Source: Podarcis gaigeae (Eukaryota). From it: a stretch of 64,000 bases of DNA. The stretch lies in assembly GCA_964106915.2 (NCBI GenBank), contig OZ066925.1, one strand, 5' to 3'. Position numbers and translations under genes: made by a program. The notes beneath the pieces were generated by a model. It saw only the letters and a list, made by a program, of their open reading frames with translations, made no database searches and had not been told where the DNA came from. Shown one piece after another: positions 11,841 to 22,397 of the stretch; the first letter of the stretch is position 1, and every line of letters starts with the position of its first letter.

Positions 11841-12139
11841 TATATGGAAATATTTCTGCTCCCCCTCTTCCCCCAAGATAATGCACAGAACTGCCTTAAA
11901 GCTTCTAAATAGAGAGGTCTGCTAGCTTATATAGTTGAGAATATGATCTTCTGCAGGCGTGGGGAAGATTTAGTGTTCCAGATGCTAAACTACAGCTCCC
12001 ATCATCCCTTAGCCATTGGCTAAGATTGCTAGGGCAGGTGGGAATTGTCGTTCAGCATCATCTGGAGGGTCCCTGGTTGCACACTTCTTTACAGCTATTC
12101 TAAGAGCAGGTTTTTAAATTAAGTTTCTCTAGCTGATAA

Positions 12140-12610
12140 AATAATAATAATAATATTTTTATTTATACCCCGCTCTCCCCAGCCAAGGCCGGGCTCAGGG
12201 CGGCTAACAAGCAATAATAAAAACAAGTTGAATGAATACAACTTAAAAACAAGATTAAAATACAACATTAAAATATTGAAACATTAAAATATTAAAATGC
12301 AGCCTCGTCACAGGAGGAGAAAGGAAAAAGAAAAAAGAGGGGGAGGGAATCAAATTGGCTCCAACCCAAAGGCCAGGCGGAACAACTCTGTCTTACAGGC
12401 CCTGTGGAAAGAAATCAGATCCTGCAGGGCCCTGAGCTAGAACCTCAATGACTAGAACATTCCACCAGGCCAGAGCCAGTGTTGAAAAGGCCCTGGCTCT
12501 GGTAGAAGCTAATCTAACTTCCTTAGGGCCTGGGAGCACTAAGGTGTTGCCATTTATGGACCTTGAGGCTCTCCGTGGGGCATACCAGGAGAGGCGGTCC
12601 CATAGGTACG
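12140..12610 (-). mobile_element. L2 LINE 3' fragment
   Basis: Tail TTTATTTATACCCCGC. The minus ORF ...TRARAFSTLALAWWN resembles an L2 ORF2 C-terminus. Confidence 0.7.
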
Positions 12611-12678
12611 ACATGAGAAAAAGACATGAGAAGACACAAACCAAAACCGCACACAGGCACAAATGAATAGTGCTTTAC

Positions 12679-12788
12679 CTGTGATGTCGATGTTATTGTG
12701 GACGTAAGGATGAAGTGGCCGGTGACGGCCGGCCACAAGATGAGTCTCTGGATTGGCTGGCGACTTGTGCCTTAGATACTTCTCATAT
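12679..12788 (-). CDS. C7orf31: C7orf31/SPMIP4 coding exon 4 (110 nt, phase 2->1)
   Basis: TTTGATAG| acceptor and CAG|GTAAAG donor. Encodes YEKYLRHKSPANPETHLVAGRHRPLHPYVHNNIDIT, CpG-retaining, with HPY motif like human EHPYHTHI. Confidence 0.7.
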
Positions 12789-12839
12789 CTATCAAATACA
12801 GCAGAAAGTTTTTGACAGGGACAAAGAACATTGTATGGT

Positions 12840-13140
12840 CATGATACATCTGAAGGAGCGTCTCCATCCCCATTGTTCAGCCCAGACATTGAGGTCCAGC
12901 TCCTTCTGGTGGTTCCCTCATTGCAAGAATTGAGGTTACAGGGAACCAGGCAGAGGGCCTTCTTGGTAGTCCCCCACCCCCTGTGGAACACCCTCCCATC
13001 AGATGTCAAGGAAATAAACAATTATATGACTTTTCATAGATATCTGAAGGCAGCCCTGTTTAGGGAAGCTTTTGATGTTTGGTGTTCTGTTGGAAGCTGC
13101 CCAGAGTGGTTGGGGTACAAGCAATAAATTATTATCATTA
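12840..13140 (+). mobile_element. L2 LINE 3' fragment
   Basis: QGTRQRAFLVVPHPLWNTLPSDVKEI...LKAALF followed by AATAAATTATTAT tail. Confidence 0.75.
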
Positions 13141-13634
13141 CTCAGCATGAATTCTTTCCCTTTTCCTAGGAAGATGACCCCACCCCTGCCCTTCTCTGCA
13201 CCCGGAGTGCTAAATGCACACACTTGTTTTCTTTCTTTCTTAACTTTTTTTTGCACTTCAGGAAGGGTAATGCAGAATTCTGGAACGAGGTCCAGTGGAG
13301 AGCTTGGGCCATCGTTTTCTAGCCAATAAATTATACAGAAACTAATTTAACAATAAACCAAAGGGAAGGGCAGCGTCTTCATCATCAGCAAGCCTTTGTG
13401 GTCATCTTCAGCTCTTTCTGTTTCCTCAGGGAACCTGGACTGTGGCATCAATTGCCAGGAACTAGATGCTACAAACTCCTCCATATAGTCCTAATATATT
13501 GTATATTTTGAACTGTAAGCTGCTTTAGAAGCCAGTTTGGCTGGGAAATGGATAAAAATGTCAGTCATACTTTTCCTGTTATCTGAATAAAACACACACA
13601 GATTTTAACACAGACGTAAGTTAACTATACTTAC

Positions 13635-13664
13635 TCCTCTGAATTTTCTGGCAAGTCAGGAAGT
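13635..13664 (-). CDS. C7orf31: C7orf31/SPMIP4 coding exon 3 (30-nt microexon, phase 2->2)
   Basis: CTCTCTCTTATTACAG| acceptor with upstream CTGAC branch-like motif and |GTAAGT donor. Encodes LPDLPENSE(E) in frame. Confidence 0.6.
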
Positions 13665-13819
13665 CTGTAATAAGAGAGAGGTCAGCCAGTTACATCAGTG
13701 TATAGGATACCCTATACTTCCAAAAGGCAATTGTAATTGGACTATTCTGATTGCTGCAGCTGAATCTGGCCAAATGGCTTTAGGATATACTTGAAGCTTT
13801 GTAAATTTCACCCATCAGT

Positions 13820-14180
13820 CTGGAGAGGTCTGGAGGGTAGCAACATGAGAACGGGCCTTCTCTGCAGTGGCTCCCTGTCTGTGGAATGCTCTCCCCAGGG
13901 AAGTTCGCCTGGTGCCTTCATTATACACTTTAAGGTGCCAGGCAAAAACGTTCCTGTTTAATCAGGCCCTTGGTTGATTTGATTGACATCCTATGCCCTT
14001 TTAAATTGTGGGGTGGTTTTTTTTTTTGGGGGGGGGGGAGGATTATTGTGTTGTTGTTTTTATTTTGATTATGTATTTTGTGATTTTATATTTTGATTTT
14101 ATTCTGTGAACCACCCTGACACCTTTGGGTATAGGGTGGTATATAAATGTAATTGATGAATGATGATAAAATTAGATGAT
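13820..14180 (+). mobile_element. L2 LINE 3' fragment
   Basis: RAFSAVAPCLWNALP motif and typical tail. Confidence 0.7.
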
Positions 14181-14434
14181 GATAAAATGTCCTTCACGTT
14201 TTGGACATGGATTGCAACATGATGCAAACAGCAGCACTCTGCATTGTTAGGAGTCAAAATGAGGAGAACCTCCTTGGATGGATCTACTTTAGGAGACAAA
14301 TGTTATCTGGAATCCATCAGTTAGTATTTTGTCTGCACTGTGCTGAATTATTTATAGTTGTAAAATATTTACGTCTGTGGTTTATTGATTTTGATAATTA
14401 TTCTGGTATTAAACAGTGTATTTTGTATTGTATT

Positions 14435-14606
14435 TAGAATCATATAGAATTGTAGAGCTGGATGGGATCCTAAGGGTCATCTAGTCCAACCCCTGCAAGG
14501 CAGGAATCTCAACATGCAGTTTCCCATCCAATTTGAAACCAGACCAGACCCTGCTTAGCTTTGCAAATGTGCTAGCAGTTTTGTTGCTGCACCACTAGCA
14601 GGTAAC
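14435..14606 (-). mobile_element. SINE-like element with 5S rRNA-derived head and CR1-derived tail
   Basis: Minus strand AAGCTAAGCAGGGTCTGGTCTGGTTTCAAATTGGATGGGAAAC resembles the 5S internal control region. It is followed by GGGGTTGGACTAGATGACC...ATTCTA (CR1 tail). Confidence 0.65.
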
Positions 14607-15149
14607 TTCTATTTGATTATTTTTGCCCACTGCCCTGGGATCCTATGGGCTGAAGGGCACTTTTAAAATGAAATTACTAGGCTTGCATGTGTGCAGTAAA
14701 ATGAGGCGGTCGACTTCTGAGGTGGTAAAAGAGACTGTGCCGTTTCAAACTGCAGGTGGTATATCACATCTTTTAACCCTCCCCGTACATAAACAACTCA
14801 CTGGAAGTAGTTCAGTTCTGTTCAGTAAATTTATTGTGCTAGCCAAAGGACATGACAAAACCATATAACACAGGCAATATAAAATATAAAGCAAAATCTC
14901 TATTTGAACAAACAGAACCATGTGTTGCAAGCAAGACTGTGAATGGGGAGCCTCCACAACCACATACAACATATTTCAAATTAGAACTCCAAATCTTCCT
15001 TACAATTTACTGTTATTTTGTCCAATTCCTTCTTCCTAATCTTTTTTGCCGCTAGTGGAAAAAGGGTGACTTTATGAGCCTCACAGGTGTTAGAGTTACT
15101 CAACAATCACAGAACTCTCTCCGCTGAGGAGAGACTTGAACAAACAGGG

Positions 15150-15400
15150 GATTTAGGAAGCATCTCCAAGTTCCGTGTATAATGGGCAATAAGACAAATA
15201 ATGAAGAATGTCTTCGACCCACGTTTGCCCACATGTACAGAATCTACCTGCATATGGCATCTCTGCAAGTAGAAAGCTAGGGCAACATGGAATGGGCCCA
15301 GCTAGACAATCCTTTCTTCCAGATGTGCTTGGTTTTTCACTTGCAAGATGAGCAATGTTATGAAGGGGTGCAGTTCTAAACAAACTACTTTGCTGAATGT
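15150..15400 (-). mobile_element. Non-LTR retrotransposon ORF2 C-terminal fragment
   Basis: CTCGQTWVEDILHYLSYCPLY is a CCHC-type zinc motif typical of LINE ORF2 ends. Confidence 0.6.
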
Positions 15401-15504
15401 GTAGAGCAGGTTTAATCTATCTAGTCTGTTCTTTCCAGCTTTCTGGAGGCTGGTTTCCTGACATGACGTGTGTCCAGACATAACCACAAACATTACAAAC
15501 ACTG

Positions 15505-15722
15505 TTCCAGTTACAGATAGGTAGCCGTGTTGGTCTGCCATAGTCAAAACAAGAAAAAATCCTTCCAGTAGCACCTTAAAGACCAACTAAGTTAGTTCTT
15601 GGTATGAGCTTTCGTGCGCATGCACGAAGTGTATCTAAAGAAGTGTGCATGCACACGAAAGCTCATACCAAGAACTAACTTAGTTGGTCTTTAAGGTGCT
15701 ACTGGAAGGAATTTTTCTTGTT
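15505..15722. mobile_element. Penelope-like inverted-repeat insertion with degenerate hammerhead motif
   Basis: ~77-bp inverted arms (15549-15625 / 15645-15721) and 13-bp TSD ATTACAAACACTG at 15492-15504 and 15723-15735. Confidence 0.8.
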
Positions 15723-17244
15723 ATTACAAACACTGCACGGGAAGGAAGTATGTTTTAAAATAAGGAACCATTGCTTCCCTACACCAACACCTAATAGGGG
15801 AGGGGCACAGCTCAGGATCTCAACTGGACTCATTATAATATCTGGATTTGAAGACTGAAAAAATATTGGGTCATAAAATATAGAATAGGTGGATGTTAAT
15901 GAGTGAATACTCTATTTAGCTGAAGGACAGAAAACCGGAAGTCTTTTTATCTCCTCCCCTTTTTCTTTTCCTTTTTCCTTCTTTTTCCTTCTGTTCCTTT
16001 TTAGATTTGATTTTTAAAGTATTTATTTTATTCTGGTGTATTATAAAAGATAATTTGTACTGGGAACGAACCTTTGTATATCTTTGGATTAGTATAAATG
16101 CAAATAGATACATTTTTAAAAAAGGAACTCATGTGGGCTGCAATAGTTGCTCTTGGAATGTATCCTAATTTTTTCATTATGCTGATAACGCAACTGTGTT
16201 TCTTTCTGAACGAAACAGGCATTCAAACAAATAATTATGTTTATTCCAGTTCTGAAACGTGCAGCAATCACTTTTTGTGTTTTGGTGCCATCAGGTGGCA
16301 AAACTATAGTTCTGCAGTTCTAATCCCACAATGCTCAAGTTTCTGTCAGCCGGCTAAGTTTTCATATGGGCAATGAGAGAACCTTTTCTTCAGTTATTAA
16401 CTTAACCGCTAGCTCTCTGCAAGGACTGAGAGCCTGCATCAAAATCTAAAGGCACAACCACAACAGCACTCGAGTTCCATGTGCTATTTAAAGACAGTCT
16501 GATCTTAGCTGGGAACAACATCTTGAGAGACAACCATGTTAACCTGTTGCTGCAAATATAACAAAGGGTGCTTCTAGACTGCCATTATTTTCAAGTGGAA
16601 TTCTGTCATCTAACCTCCCCAGAAACAAATCAGAACGAAAGCTTATCAAATAGCCAAAGTTGTCTAACCTTCCTCCATACCAATAAGAATGGAAGCCAAA
16701 GCTGTTCATTTTTAACACACAAGCCTTTATGAACTGAGACGGAATCCAGTCCACAAAAGCCCATTTTATAATACAGTTGCCTTTAAAGGGGTCACAATAC
16801 AATTTGTGGTTTTAATCTGAGGATATATGTGATCTGACTTGTGATGCTGAATAAAAACCCATTCAACCAACCTAAATGGAAAGCCACACAAGGTATATAG
16901 GAGTGCCCTGTGCTATGGCACTATTGCCAGAATAATGACATACTTGTTAATGTAGTGATCTGAAAACTGCAGAATTTCAGGATATAGACACCAATACCTC
17001 ATTCTTGAACGCTGCAGGTATTTTAAACGTGAGCTTAGTGAATCATAGATCATAAAAGCTCTCTGTTCACCTTGGGCAGTCTCTTTTGACCATAGGATGG
17101 AGGGAATGTTTTTATAAAATAAATATTCTTCCAGGTTTAGTCCTCATCAGTTTTTGGCTTTCCGAGAGACACCAGCATTTCTGAATTGGCTTCTGGATTT
17201 AAACACCAATATCCAGCCATCCAGAGAGAAAGCAGATAGCCTAC

Positions 17245-17406
17245 CTTAGCGGGGCATCTCTGTTACTGCCATAGTACTGGTGTTCCTGATCAAACTTGTA
17301 AGGTGGCTCATAGATTCTGTGGGATTCTGGCAACAGGGGTTCAGATTCTTGTTCTCCTTTCACGATGGGCTTGCGCAGCTGGAATATTTCCCTTAGCTCT
17401 TCATAT
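17245..17406 (-). CDS. C7orf31: C7orf31/SPMIP4 coding exon 2 (162 nt, phase 2->2)
   Basis: TTTCAG| acceptor and AG|GTAGGC donor. YEELREIFQ...LPESHRIYEPP...HQYYG resembles human YQELRESLQ...LPEDHRPKCEPP...HQHYG. Confidence 0.85.
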
Positions 17407-17816
17407 CTGAAATCAGATCAAGTGTTCTCAAAGAGCAGCTGCAGCAATGATACTCTACCTGAGTGAAGCTTGCTTCATAGCTGGGATGGACACTTAACAG
17501 ACCGGAGGGCAAAAGAGGACACAGATTTGCATAGCAATTGCACATGCTGATTAAGATGCATTGGTTCACATTTGGAAGCAATTGCTGCAGTTTAAATATA
17601 AATACAATGCATCTTGCCATAGAGGGCATGACTGCTGACCAGGCTCTGACTGTTGAGAGTCAACTTGAAGGCTCTCTCGCCTTCTTCTCAGAGTCCTTTC
17701 TGTGTATATCAGACTTGAAACAGACAGCCCTTCAAACAGAGAACTGTCCCTCATAAAGCAGGACACATGGACACCTAGCTCATCGTGACTAACAGTGCAA
17801 ATCTAGCCATGTATAC

Positions 17817-17952
17817 CAGGCATTGGCAAACTCGGCTCTCCAGTTGTTTTGAGACTACAGTTCCCACCATCCCTGACCACTGGTCCTGTTAGCTAGGGAT
17901 GATGGGAGTTGTAGTCCCAAAACATCTGGAGGGCCAAGTTTGCCTATGCCTG
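17817..17952. mobile_element. 136-bp hAT MITE
   Basis: TIRs CAGGCATTGGCAAAC / GTTTGCCTATGCCTG with perfect 8-bp TSD ATGTATAC. Older relatives at about 2575, 5880, 11955, 20740, 21290, 34226 and 37860. Confidence 0.9.
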
Positions 17953-17994
17953 ATGTATACTCAGAGGTAAGCAGGGCTTTTTTCCCTGGCAGTA

Positions 17995-18236
17995 CAGTGG
18001 TACCTCGGGTTAAGAACTTAATTCGTTCTGGAGATCCATTCTTAACCTGAAACTGTTCTTAACCTGAGGTACCATTTTAGCTAATGGGGCCTTCTGCTGC
18101 TGCCTCTCTGCCACCGCACGATTTCTGTTCTCATCCTGAAGCAAAGTTCTCAACCTGAGGTACTATTTCTGGGTTAGCAGAATCTGTAACCTGAAGCATC
18201 TGTAACCTGAAGCGTCTGTAACCCGAGGTACCACTG
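17995..18236. mobile_element. Tigger-like MITE
   Basis: TA|CAGTGGTACCTCGGGTTA ... TAACCCGAGGTACCACTG|TA. Confidence 0.9.
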
Positions 18237-18427
18237 TACTCAATAGTACGCAGTTATCAGCACCCCTCCCCAATCTTTTGATAAGGTAAATGGAGGGTGA
18301 GGAGAGCAAGCTAGCAAGCATAACTCAAAGGGGGATCGCAAAAAGCAGGAGATGGAGTAGGTGGCAGTGAGGAAAAGGAGGCCTTTGTTTGGGGCTGCAG
18401 TTGCTGCTCCCAGTCAACAGGTTACAC

Positions 18428-18613
18428 CAGGGGTAGTCAACCTTTTTATACCTACCTCCCACTAATGCATCTTTCTTGATGGTAAAATTTCCTTACCGCC
18501 CACCAGTGCTCGATGGAAGGAGGATTCCGCTTGTGCCGTAGAACCCCCTACTGCCCACCTAGAATCCTGAAATGCCCACTAGTGGGCCGTAGGGACCAGG
18601 TTGACAACCCCTG
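18428..18613. mobile_element. hAT MITE
   Basis: TIRs CAGGGGTAGTCAACC / GGTTGACAACCCCTG with perfect 8-bp TSD GGTTACAC. Confidence 0.9.
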
Positions 18614-19508
18614 GGTTACACCGTTCCCACTTGGCTGCCCCTGTAGGGCACGCTGTCCCCCTGGGTGTGCTGCTATGCCGCTGCCTCGCTGCACCGCGAG
18701 TGACCAGGCGAGCCCAAGCACCACTTCCTTTTCATCTCTCCTCACTCTTTCCATGTCTGTGGGGCTGGGAAGGGAGGGAGAGAGAGAGAAGGGGAGAAGA
18801 AAGCAGCCTCTGCTGCTAGTGCTGCTGAGCTGAGTGAGTGTGAGCAGACAGGGAAAGGTGGGGGGGGGGGAGAAGTTGAAGAAGGGGACGACGACCAGGA
18901 GAGATGGAGAGAGAGAGAGAAAAGGGGGGGGGGGGAAATCATGGTGAGCACTGGCACTTTTCTAGGAAAAAAGCCCTGGATGTAAGCCCTATTGAACTGA
19001 TTCAGTCTTAATCACAGGTAAGTGGAGTTAGGACTGCAGCCTCAAACCCTTAATTTCTCCTTTCTTCCATGTCATCAGCCTGTTTCAAAACTCCTGGCTA
19101 GTCAGCTTGTCCTGCACATCAATTTAAAGTTCACAGCCCTTCTTGAGTTATTAGAACATGTTTCTTGCACCCTTAAACTGAAACATCTATGCTGTGGCTG
19201 TGCTTTTTAAGGTTACTTTTAACGTTCCATACAACAAGGTTCATTGAATGCTATTGGCACAGAGATGCTGGACTAAGTCAGATATCCTACCTGCCAAATT
19301 CCTGGGGGAAATCACTCATCTGAGGCTGCTATTTGCATTGAGAGGAACTAGCACAAACGCAGACATATTTCACATCATGACTAGTTTGGTCCCTGCTCAG
19401 TCCATGTTAACTATCAACTGACATGCATGCAATTTCTGCTATTTCATGGGTTGCTACTTGCAAAATGTGTAGCCCGGTCCTATGTGTTGTTGTTGTTGTT
19501 GTTGTTTT

Positions 19509-19872
19509 AAGGTAAAGGACCCCTGACAGTTAAGTCCAGTTATGAATGACTCTGGGGTTTCATCGCTCATCTTGCTTTACTGGCTGAGGGAGCCGACGTT
19601 TGTCTGTAGACAGTTTGTCCGGGTCATGCAGCCAGCATGACTAATCCGCTTCTGGCAAAATCAGAGCAGCACATGGAGACGCCGTTTACCTTCCCGCCAG
19701 AGTGGTACCTATTTATCTACTTGCACTTTTTTGCGTACTTTCGAACTGCTAGGTTGGCAGGAGCTGGGACTGAGCAATGGGAGCTCACCCCGTCGTGGGG
19801 ATTCGAACCGCTGACCTTCCGATCGGCAAGCCTCAGGCTCAGTGGTTTATACCACAGCGCCACCCATGTCCC
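19509..19872 (-). mobile_element. Sauria SINE
   Basis: Same head, body and ACCTTT tail as the other copies. Confidence 0.9.
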
Positions 19873-19967
19873 TATATGTGTGTTTACTCAGAATTAAATC
19901 TCATCAAAGTCAATGAGGCTTAATTCCAATACACAGCATTGTGGCCGTAATGAGTATATTCATACTA

Positions 19968-20201
19968 CAGTGGTACCTCAGGTTACAAACACCTCGGGTC
20001 ACAAGCACTTTGGGTTACAGACTCCGCTAACCCAGAAGTAGTACCTCAGGTTAAAAACTTTACCTCAGGATGAGGACAGAAATCATGGGGCAGCGGCAGC
20101 GGGAGGCCCCATTAGCTAAAGTGGTACCTCAGGTTAAGAATGGTTTCAGGTTAAGAACGGACCTCCGGAACAAATTAAGTTCGTAGCCAGAGGTACCACT
20201 G
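19968..20201. mobile_element. Tigger-like MITE
   Basis: CAGTGGTACCTC TIRs with TA TSD. Confidence 0.9.
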
Positions 20202-20266
20202 TATAAGACCTAATTCAGCTACATAGAGATATTGGAAAAAAAATAGAGTGAATAGCTACTTCTTAC

Positions 20267-20400
20267 CTTTCTGGTGATATAGGTGGGCCTGGGGGAATAT
20301 GCAGTGGAGTCAGGTGATTCGCAGATTCCAAGGTTTTTGTTACTAAGGCTGTTCCATCTTGAGCATCATTGTAATAGGTCATACCCGTATGCATTTCCAT
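20267..20400 (-). CDS. C7orf31: C7orf31/SPMIP4 first coding exon (134 nt)
   Basis: ATG at 20400 directly follows an AG, implying an upstream non-coding exon. Encodes MEMHTGMTYYNDAQDGTALVTKTLESANHLTPLHIPPGPPISPER with AG|GTAAGA donor. Resembles human MEVIHGRPY...PTASEDR. Confidence 0.85.
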
Positions 20401-21686
20401 CTTTAATAGCTACAGAGTAAATTTATACACAGAAAAGTCCATGATCAAATCAACTAGCATTCTGCTTAGTTTGAACAGATAAAATTCTGTTTCAATAGGT
20501 AACTAGAATTGACTTAGCAACAGCGCCAACTTCATTACTGAACAAGATCACTTTTCAGATTGCAATATAAAAATGAGAGAGTCTGGACAAAATAGACATG
20601 ACAAAGAATTTCATGATGAACTAGAAACATTGAAAACTTGGGATTTTGGAAAAGAAGAAGCCAATTTTGTTTTTTCAAAGCGACACAGTATCATATTAAA
20701 ACAAAGTCCCTAAAAAAAGTTGGAAGGGACTAGAGCAGCCTCTTCCAACCTGATGCAGTCCAGATGTTTAGAACTGCCATCCCTGGCCAAGCTGGATGGG
20801 GTTGATCGGAGTTGGAGTTCAGTAACATCTGGAGACACCATGTTGGGGGAATGCTGGATTAAAGTTATTTGTATGAGGGGAAATTCTCTTTCAACTTCTG
20901 GGTATTGTACCAAATGGTATGTGGGAAGAATATGAGTCAGTTTCTTCTTAGCAGCCATTCAATAAACTCTAGCACTTACTTTGATTTCCCTTAAGATGTA
21001 GTTCATGGCAGAAATATAATTGTACCATGCCTTCCACTCTAATGTGATCTACCATTGAACTTTGGCAAATTCATACAGAACTATCACACATTTCTGTTGT
21101 GTTCCACTTTTGATAAATACATGCAGTTTTGTGAGTGTGTTTGCCTGCTGGATTACACCAGAAGTTATGCTCCATATACCAGTGCTATGGGTACATGTAA
21201 TGCCAGGATGTGACCACAGTTGGTTCTATCCCTATTCACTTCTTCAAATGACACTTCAGTGGATGAAATATACAAGCTGAGCATAAGGCAGGGATGGCAA
21301 GCCTGTGACCTTCCAAATGTTGCTATATTATTCCTCCCATCATCCCTGCCCATTGACCATGCTGACTGGGTCTAATGAAAGCCAAAGTCCAACAACATCT
21401 GGAGGGCCACAGGTTTGGCACAAGGAGAAGCAAAGAGGTCCTCTTCCAAGGCAGGAGATGCGCTACCCCATAGCAGATTCCCAAACAGAGATATCTTGCA
21501 CTTCCAAGATGCCCTCAGCCAGAAACCAGTTTTCTTTCTGTGTCCCTTTCTTCCAAATGGCAAATAGTCTATGTTTACACAAACTGTTCACATCATCCTC
21601 CGCCTCTCCGCTGGAGGGGTGGTTATAGGTCACCTTCTCTGTGCTCCAATGGGTACCTCATTCAAAGGCATAGAAAGCATCCCAGC

Positions 21687-22397
21687 TGTCAGGGACTGGA
21701 CTGAGGGGGAATGGTGGGGACCACCCCCCCAGCACTTCCCAGAGAAGAGGGAGACAGTATAGATTCACAACAGTGGTTTGCAGAAGGTCATAGTTCAGAG
21801 GCTGTAGAGGGGAGAAGCTGGGAAATATTGGGAGAGGAGCAGGAGGAGGAAGAAGAACCAGGGGAGGGACAGCAGACAAATTCAGTGTCTTTGGAAAGCA
21901 TTCCTGATCCCCTCCTCCTCGCAGGACCTGGCGAGCATTGAGAGTAGGAGAACAGAAGGCAAAAAACACAGATTAGCTGATGCAGGGATGATGTATAATA
22001 GGAGAGACGGAGGGGACGGGACTTTACTCGCAGCAACGCCATTATCTGAGAGACTGCATCCTATGTCTATCTCTGTGAATATTGAATAAAACACCTTGGT
22101 AAGAGCTTCTTGTTTTTCCCCATTATGGTGGTACCTCGGGTTACATACGCTTCAGGTTACATACACTTCAGTTTACAGACTTCGCTAACCCAGAAATAGT
22201 ACCTCGGGTTAAGAACTTTGCTTCAGGAAATTGTGCAGCAGCAGCAGGAGGCCCCATTAGCTAAAGTGGTGCTTCAGGTTAAGAACAGTTTCAGGTTAAG
22301 TATGGACCTCCGGAACGAATTAAGTACTTAACCTGAGGTACCACTGTACTGGCAGCCTGCTGTGAGGGAGGAGGATCAGTTTCCCTGCAGACTGACA
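21687..22397 (+). mobile_element. Solo LTR (Gypsy-like) with nested Tigger MITE at 22126-22346
   Basis: TGTCAG...CTGACA termini, perfect 5-bp TSD CCAGC, internal AATAAA at about 22085. Confidence 0.8.

Larger units (their letters stand above)
17972..18978. mobile_element. hAT-like element hosting two nested MITEs
   Basis: TIRs CAGGGCTTTTTT / AAAAAAGCCCTG with 8-bp TSD GAGGTAAG/GATGTAAG. Confidence 0.7.

Noticed and set aside
14519-14562. 5S rRNA gene
   Set aside because: Only about 45 nt of diverged similarity, fused to a CR1 tail
17459-17495. Possible extra C7orf31 exon with donor at 17458
   Set aside because: Would leave a 52-nt intron and shows no similarity to orthologues
20974-21060. 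Possible C7orf31 5' UTR exon (AAA|GTAAGT donor at 20979)
   Set aside because: Plausible but supported only by one donor motif
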